A program made the position numbers and the translations under genes. Shown here in pieces: positions 58,912 through 64,000 of a DNA stretch of 64,000 nt. The DNA is from Desulfatiglandales bacterium (GTDB lineage Bacteria; Desulfobacterota; DSM-4660; Desulfatiglandales; Desulfatiglandaceae). The notes under the pieces were generated by a model, which was not told the origin of the DNA, made no database searches, and saw nothing but the letters and a program-made list of their open reading frames with translations. Where the stretch lies: contig OY759599.1 of assembly GCA_963662465.1 (NCBI GenBank), forward strand, positions 2,272,001 through 2,336,000, written 5' to 3'. Within the stretch, counting starts at the first letter, position 1; each line of letters opens with the position of its first letter.

Positions 58912-59064
58912 ATATCTCCTCCCTTGAGCAGTTTTCCCGTGAAAAAGGCTTTCAGTCTCGATTTGTAGCGCACAGTATAAAATAATTAAAACCGTAGAGC
59001 AACCTGTTTACACACCTCGTTAATTGTTTAACCGGTTGGGCCTTGATCATCGTTTCTGCCATTT

Positions 59065-59164
59065 GCCACCAGGGGTTGAAACCCCTGGCTATTATCAACC
59101 TACAGGACGGTAAAAGCCCCATCGGGGCGACAGACAATAGCCCTGCAATTTATTGCCGGGTGGC
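59065..59164. repeat. REP/MITE-like nested inverted repeat
   Basis: ccagggg-ttgaaa-cccctgg hairpin, inner gcccc-atc-ggggc, and outer gccacc..gctatt / aatagc..ggtggc arms. Confidence 0.65.
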
Positions 59165-59209
59165 CGAAACGATGATCAAGGCCACCGGTTGATGTCTAAA
59201 ACCGTCGGA

Positions 59210-60283
59210 TCACTCCTCAAAAAACCTCACATATTCACCATACCCCTCCGTAACCAGATCTTTTTCAGGAACAAACCGAAGGGCGGCGGAATTCATGCAA
59301 TACCGTTTCCCCGTGGGCGGCGGTCCATCCGAAAACACATGACCAAGGTGGGAATCAGCATGATGGCTTCTGACCTCGGTTCTTGTGGAAAACAGGCTTC
59401 GATCCTCCTTTAAAACAATATTTTCCGGCATCAGAGGGGTTGTAAAGCTGGGCCAACCCGTTTTTGAATCATACTTATCCAGGGAACTGAAAAGGGGTTC
59501 ACCCGACACCACATCAACATAGATTCCCCGTTCCTTGTGGTTCCAGTAGGGATTGTGAAATGGCGGTTCCGTGCCATTTTCCCGGGTTACTTCGTATTGA
59601 AGCGGGGTTAGCCTCTTTCTGAGTTCCGCCTCGGATTGTTTTTGGTATGCCGCAGTCTTTGATGTTGTTGGAATTTTTTCGGGTTTTCCCGTCCATATCC
59701 GCATTAAATACAGGTCCCGCCCGGAGCCGCTTCTGTATTGCCGGTATCCCATGGGGTTTTTTTTGTGATAATCCTGATGGTATTCTTCCGCTTCATAGAA
59801 TCCGGAGAAGGCCCTGATCTCGGTTACAATCGGTTTGTCATATGTTCCGGAATGATCCAGCGCTTCCCTGGACTTCAGCGCCGCCAGTTTTTGCGTTTCC
59901 GAATGATAAAAAATGGCCGTCCCATATTGGGAGCCCCGGTCAACGAACTGCCCCCCGGAATCCGTCGGATCGATCTGTCGCCAAAACAGATCCAGGATTT
60001 CAGAATAGGTCGTTTGGGACGGGTCAAAGACAATCTGAACCGCTTCCACATGACCGGTTTCACCTGACACCACATCGCCATAGGTCGGATTTTCCGTGTG
60101 CCCCCCCGCATACCCGGCTTTAACCGCCGATACCCCTTCCAGTTGTTCAAAGGGATGCACCATGCACCAGAAACAACCGCCGGCCAGGGTCGCCGTTTCA
60201 ACAGCGGCCCGTGCATCCGAAACAGGAGGGCTCACCATAAGCGCCGGCAACAGCGAAAATAAAAGCGTTCCTTTTCCAAGCAT
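59210..60283 (-). CDS. msrAB: Bifunctional methionine sulfoxide reductase MsrA-MsrB with N-terminal export signal
   Basis: GGCFWC, GH.EAV and AEEYHQDY (MsrA); GTE.PF, GWPSF, HLGHVF.DGP and RYCMNS (MsrB). Confidence 0.95.
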   Translation of the reverse strand: MLGKGTLLFSLLPALMVSPPVSDARAAVETATLAGGCFWCMVHPFEQLEGVSAVKAGYAGGHTENPTYGDVVSGETGHVEAVQIVFDPSQTTYSEILDLFWRQIDPTDSGGQFVDRGSQYGTAIFYHSETQKLAALKSREALDHSGTYDKPIVTEIRAFSGFYEAEEYHQDYHKKNPMGYRQYRSGSGRDLYLMRIWTGKPEKIPTTSKTAAYQKQSEAELRKRLTPLQYEVTRENGTEPPFHNPYWNHKERGIYVDVVSGEPLFSSLDKYDSKTGWPSFTTPLMPENIVLKEDRSLFSTRTEVRSHHADSHLGHVFSDGPPPTGKRYCMNSAALRFVPEKDLVTEGYGEYVRFFEE

Positions 60284-60286
60284 TAT

Positions 60287-61810
60287 TTATTCCTTTCCCA
60301 TATCTCTTTTCAACATGGCTTTTACGACACCGAGCGATACCACATACAGGACCCGCGATGCCTCATTAAGGCCCAACAGGTCACGCGCCTCCCCGTCATA
60401 AAATGCACCGATACCGCAGCAACCCAGGCCCAGGGCCGAGGCAGCCAGATAAAGCCGTTCCCCCAGGCAACCGGCCGTCATCATGGCATATCGGTATCCC
60501 CTGGGTCCCCATGCACGTTCCAAAACCTTCATGTTGGTCATGAACACAACATGTACAGACGCCTGGGCCATCCAACCCTGATCCAGACAGATTTGCGACA
60601 TGGATACGGTAAAGGACCCAGGCCGAACCAAGTCGAGACCTTTCCCATTTTCATCCATCAGATAAAATCCATCCCGCAGGGATTCGACGCCATGGGTCAA
60701 AAATCCAATGCAAATACCTTGAAAGCAGGGGGCCTTTTCTCCGGAACCTGTTGCGAAAAGAACCTTCAGCAGTCGGCCAAAGCTGGAAATGGGCATGGCT
60801 TCTGCAATGAAGTTTCTGCTGGATCTTCTGCGGAAAACAGCATCCGGATACCATAAGGTCGTACCGGGAATCGATTTCGAAGGGATCGAAACCCCGACTT
60901 CAGGAGAAAACCCCAGGGCGCCGCGCATGTTAAAATCCGTTTTGTTTGATAAAACCCTTTCATATCCGGCAATGTGAACCGCCCGAACCGCCGATGTGTC
61001 GAATTCAACAGGGGATACACGGCTGGCCCCTTTAACGGTTTCAGACAAACCCTCAATCATCAGGGGGTCAAGTCTCGCGTCTTGTTCCAACACCCTCTTC
61101 ACCCGGCACACGGCAAGGGCAACTTCCAGGTTGTCATCCAGGCCCAGCAACCCATTAACGACCGGATCATCGAAATCGAATGTGATGTCAAATGCATATC
61201 CCAGCGCTTTGAGAGAGAGGGCAAGATTTTCAAGGACATGACCCGTATCCAGCAAATGGTAACGATAAGAACGATCACGGTATTTCCATGCACTTCGAAA
61301 AAAAATGGCCGTTAAAAAAAATGTAAGCGGAAAAGCCCCCTCAAATTTATCATCGATAATGTCTTTCACCGAACCCGAAAAATGTCCATCACGAAGCTTC
61401 ACCAAGCGGTGTTGGGCAATGGAAAAATGATAAAGCCCGGGGTCCAAATCCTTCATCCCCTCACTCATCACATAGATTTCCGTAGGATAAAGGGCGCCGG
61501 CGGAAGCGGCGCTTCGAAAATAAAACATACCGCCCGAGTGATCCGCCCGAGAAGTTAACGTATAGGTCAAAGACAGCATTCGGGAAAGGGTTTCCAGGTC
61601 AAAAACGTCACTTTCCCTTCGAAGTTCAGGCCCATAAAGGGCAAAAAGATCCGCCCGGGGCAGCGGCATCTCACGGGGCAGAGTGATGCATTTCAGACCG
61701 GCATATGTTTTGAAAACATCCGGCTGGTTCTGCCAGTCCAGAAGATGTCCACCCATCTGTGACCGCTTATAGCAGGTCTTTTCATGGTATGCACCGGCAG
61801 TTTGTTTCAT
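60287..61810 (-). CDS. SagB-type tandem nitroreductase/dehydrogenase
   Basis: R.A.SAGALYP.E.Y and WKY.DR.YRY..LD.GH; second domain RRS.RNF...RGYRY....AG..GE.LYL...GIGAFYD. Confidence 0.88.
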   Translation of the reverse strand: MKQTAGAYHEKTCYKRSQMGGHLLDWQNQPDVFKTYAGLKCITLPREMPLPRADLFALYGPELRRESDVFDLETLSRMLSLTYTLTSRADHSGGMFYFRSAASAGALYPTEIYVMSEGMKDLDPGLYHFSIAQHRLVKLRDGHFSGSVKDIIDDKFEGAFPLTFFLTAIFFRSAWKYRDRSYRYHLLDTGHVLENLALSLKALGYAFDITFDFDDPVVNGLLGLDDNLEVALAVCRVKRVLEQDARLDPLMIEGLSETVKGASRVSPVEFDTSAVRAVHIAGYERVLSNKTDFNMRGALGFSPEVGVSIPSKSIPGTTLWYPDAVFRRRSSRNFIAEAMPISSFGRLLKVLFATGSGEKAPCFQGICIGFLTHGVESLRDGFYLMDENGKGLDLVRPGSFTVSMSQICLDQGWMAQASVHVVFMTNMKVLERAWGPRGYRYAMMTAGCLGERLYLAASALGLGCCGIGAFYDGEARDLLGLNEASRVLYVVSLGVVKAMLKRDMGKE

Positions 61811-61923
61811 GTTTGCCTCGCTTTTTCCATTTTAAAGATTTTCCCCGCCATGGCCCCTGAACACACCATCATGCCAGGCGGGAAAAATATCTCAATCAAA
61901 CCAATGGTTCCGGTTCGAAAACC

Positions 61924-63897
61924 TTAGACCGCTGCAAGCTTCTGCCTGTCGGCCATGTCCATCAGGACTCGTTCCCTGGCCCGGTCAATACCCAGCGCCT
62001 TTCTTTTCTTGTCAATGTGGGCAATCATCATGCGGGCCATTTCATAAGGATCCGCCGTAAACCCCCATTTACCAAATCCCATCTCTTCCAGCCCATTAAA
62101 GAGAAGCTGATGGAACTTCGTTCCTTCGATGATGGGATAGGTCACGCCGAAAACCGTGTACACCCCCGACGCCACAAAATAATGCCCGATGGAAATGGCC
62201 TTTTCACTCATCCACTCCGGGGCAGCCCCGGCAACGGGAAGATCCGCCAGGCTGTTTCCCAGTCCACCGGTCCGCACCATCTCCGAACAGGCAGTGAGAA
62301 TTCGGCTGTTATCCACACAGGAACCCAGTCCCAGAACAGGCGGCATCCCCACCGTCTCACAAACTTCACTGAGCCCGGGACCCGCCAGGGACGCAGCCTC
62401 AGGCCGATACAAACCGGCCTTTGCCAGAGCGATCTGCGAACATCCGGTCTGCACCACCAGTACATCGTTTCGAATCAGCTCTTTGACCAGCTCCACGTGA
62501 ACCCAGTCATGTTTCACCCTTGGGTTGGTGCAACCCACCACACCGGCCACGCCCCTGATCCGCCCGTTGATGATATTCTCATTTAAGGGCTTGTAGGAGG
62601 ACCTAAAGGTTCCCCCCAACATGTAGTTAATGGATTCCATTGAAAAACCATGAATTCCGGGGTTCTTGATATTGGGAATCTCAACCGGCATTGTCCGATT
62701 TTTAAACCGGTCAATAGCGCTTTTGACAATGGCATCCGTACATGCTCTCGGTTCATGTTCTACAAATTCAATATGGTCTACCCCCTCTATATGGCATCTG
62801 GGGTTGGTGGTAAAGAGTTTGGTGCCGTAACAATCGGCCACCTGGGCAAGTCCCTGCTTGATGCACTGCACGTCAACGCCCATGGCATCCACAGCGCCGG
62901 TCACCAGAATCGTTTCCGTACTCATGAAATTGCCCACATGGGGGATCCCGTGGCGGGAGAGCATTTCAGCGCCTGAACAGCACATCCCCACCAAATTGAT
63001 GCCCTTGGCCCCCGCCCCTTTTGCAGCTTCAAGAAGTCCGGGATCATCCACCGAAGCCATCATGGACTCAAAGAGATTGGGCTCATGTCCGTGAATAATC
63101 ACATTTACCTCATCCTCTTTGAGGCATCCCATGTTGACATCCCCTTGGACGGGTTTGGGCGTGCCGAAGAGAATATCCGATATTTCAGTGGCCACCATGG
63201 AACCACCCCAGCCGTCCGACAAGGCGGTTCGAGTACACTGCTGGGTGATGTTCTCGTAATGCTGGTCCACCCCCATATGGGTGCGATGCATCAATTCCAT
63301 AATTTCGCGCATAGCGCCTCGGGGCACCACCCCATGTTTTCGCCATGTCTCCAGTGTTTTCTCGGGAACCCTTTTGGCAAAGGGGATCTCCCCTTCCACC
63401 TGGGTATAGGTCCGTTCCAGTTCGTGGTAAAGATCCAGGGCAATATCCTTAATCTCCCGATCCGCCACCTCAATGCCCAATCCCGAGGCCACCGCTTTCA
63501 ATTTAATAGGATCTTTTATGGAATATTCCTTAATATGACCATTCACAACCTCCCTGAAAAGACCCAGCATGCTCATGCCATGATCCGTATGGGCAGCAGC
63601 GCCTGAAGCCACCATTCTGGCAAAGTTACGAGCCTGAATCGTATCGATGGTCGCCCCGCAGACACCGACTTTTCCATAAGGGTCTTTAGAACTCAATCTA
63701 CAGGGTCCCATGGAGCAATTCTTGCAGCAGGCGGAATCGGCGCCAATCGGGCAAGCCTTCATGGCCGCCGCACGGTGAAAAGCGGTTTCAACACCATCTC
63801 GTTCAGCCTTTCGCAACATCTGAGCCGTGGCATCGCAAAGAGTTGCCTCTTTGATGTTCAAAGGTTTTATTTCTTTAATTTTCATGTCCTTTTCCAT
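61924..63897 (-). CDS. cooS: Anaerobic Ni-containing carbon monoxide dehydrogenase catalytic subunit
   Basis: D/B-cluster Cys (C.IG....CCKNCSMGPC, VCG); C-cluster ligands HGHEP, MCC, DVQC, VVGC, TGC and GSCVDN; PEWMSEKA. Confidence 0.96.
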   Translation of the reverse strand: MEKDMKIKEIKPLNIKEATLCDATAQMLRKAERDGVETAFHRAAAMKACPIGADSACCKNCSMGPCRLSSKDPYGKVGVCGATIDTIQARNFARMVASGAAAHTDHGMSMLGLFREVVNGHIKEYSIKDPIKLKAVASGLGIEVADREIKDIALDLYHELERTYTQVEGEIPFAKRVPEKTLETWRKHGVVPRGAMREIMELMHRTHMGVDQHYENITQQCTRTALSDGWGGSMVATEISDILFGTPKPVQGDVNMGCLKEDEVNVIIHGHEPNLFESMMASVDDPGLLEAAKGAGAKGINLVGMCCSGAEMLSRHGIPHVGNFMSTETILVTGAVDAMGVDVQCIKQGLAQVADCYGTKLFTTNPRCHIEGVDHIEFVEHEPRACTDAIVKSAIDRFKNRTMPVEIPNIKNPGIHGFSMESINYMLGGTFRSSYKPLNENIINGRIRGVAGVVGCTNPRVKHDWVHVELVKELIRNDVLVVQTGCSQIALAKAGLYRPEAASLAGPGLSEVCETVGMPPVLGLGSCVDNSRILTACSEMVRTGGLGNSLADLPVAGAAPEWMSEKAISIGHYFVASGVYTVFGVTYPIIEGTKFHQLLFNGLEEMGFGKWGFTADPYEMARMMIAHIDKKRKALGIDRARERVLMDMADRQKLAAV

Positions 63898-64000
63898 ATC
63901 TACCTCCTTGGTTGATATTCTCCCTTCGTGGGAAAAATTAATTTTTCAGACTTTTAATTATCATCAACACAAAACACCCCATATTGCGACATAGCAGGTT

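Noticed and set aside
54258..63897. Selenocysteine read-through in the redox genes
   Set aside because: Catalytic positions are encoded as Cys and the ORFs are complete without in-frame TGA.

Overview
Bacterial chromosome segment from an anaerobic Desulfobacterota-like (deltaproteobacterial) organism; the taxon is inferred from gene content only. Left to right: (1) 1-12.3 kb is a mixed region with a cpYpsA/SLOG-like gene, murJ, a secreted ankyrin protein, a Fic protein, a PHP hydrolase, hflX and an unusually built 1177-aa Lon-family protease. (2) 12.2-17.7 kb is a minus-strand uptake operon: TonB-dependent receptor, a DDTD-motif (TiaS/Mmp11-like) protein and a complete ECF transporter. An ECF sigma/zinc anti-sigma pair follows. 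(3) 19-26.7 kb is an accessory hotspot: a full-length group II intron inserted in the end of a REP hairpin, two divergent leaderless HigBA modules, several REP/MITE-like inverted repeats, transposase remnants and a 3-kb segment bounded by 42-bp inverted repeats. (4) 27.9-44.9 kb is a sigma54-driven anaerobic arylacetate catabolic cluster (padEFGHI, padBCD, FmdE and MoeA-like accessory genes, TRAP transporter, CoA ligase) headed by an atypical cyclic amidohydrolase. (5) 44.9-54 kb is an MCP and two-component signalling cluster. (6) 54.2-63.9 kb is a co-directional redox/oxidative-stress cluster headed by a Ni-CODH (cooS). No rRNA, tRNA or CRISPR array was seen. All family assignments come from motif recognition, not database searches.
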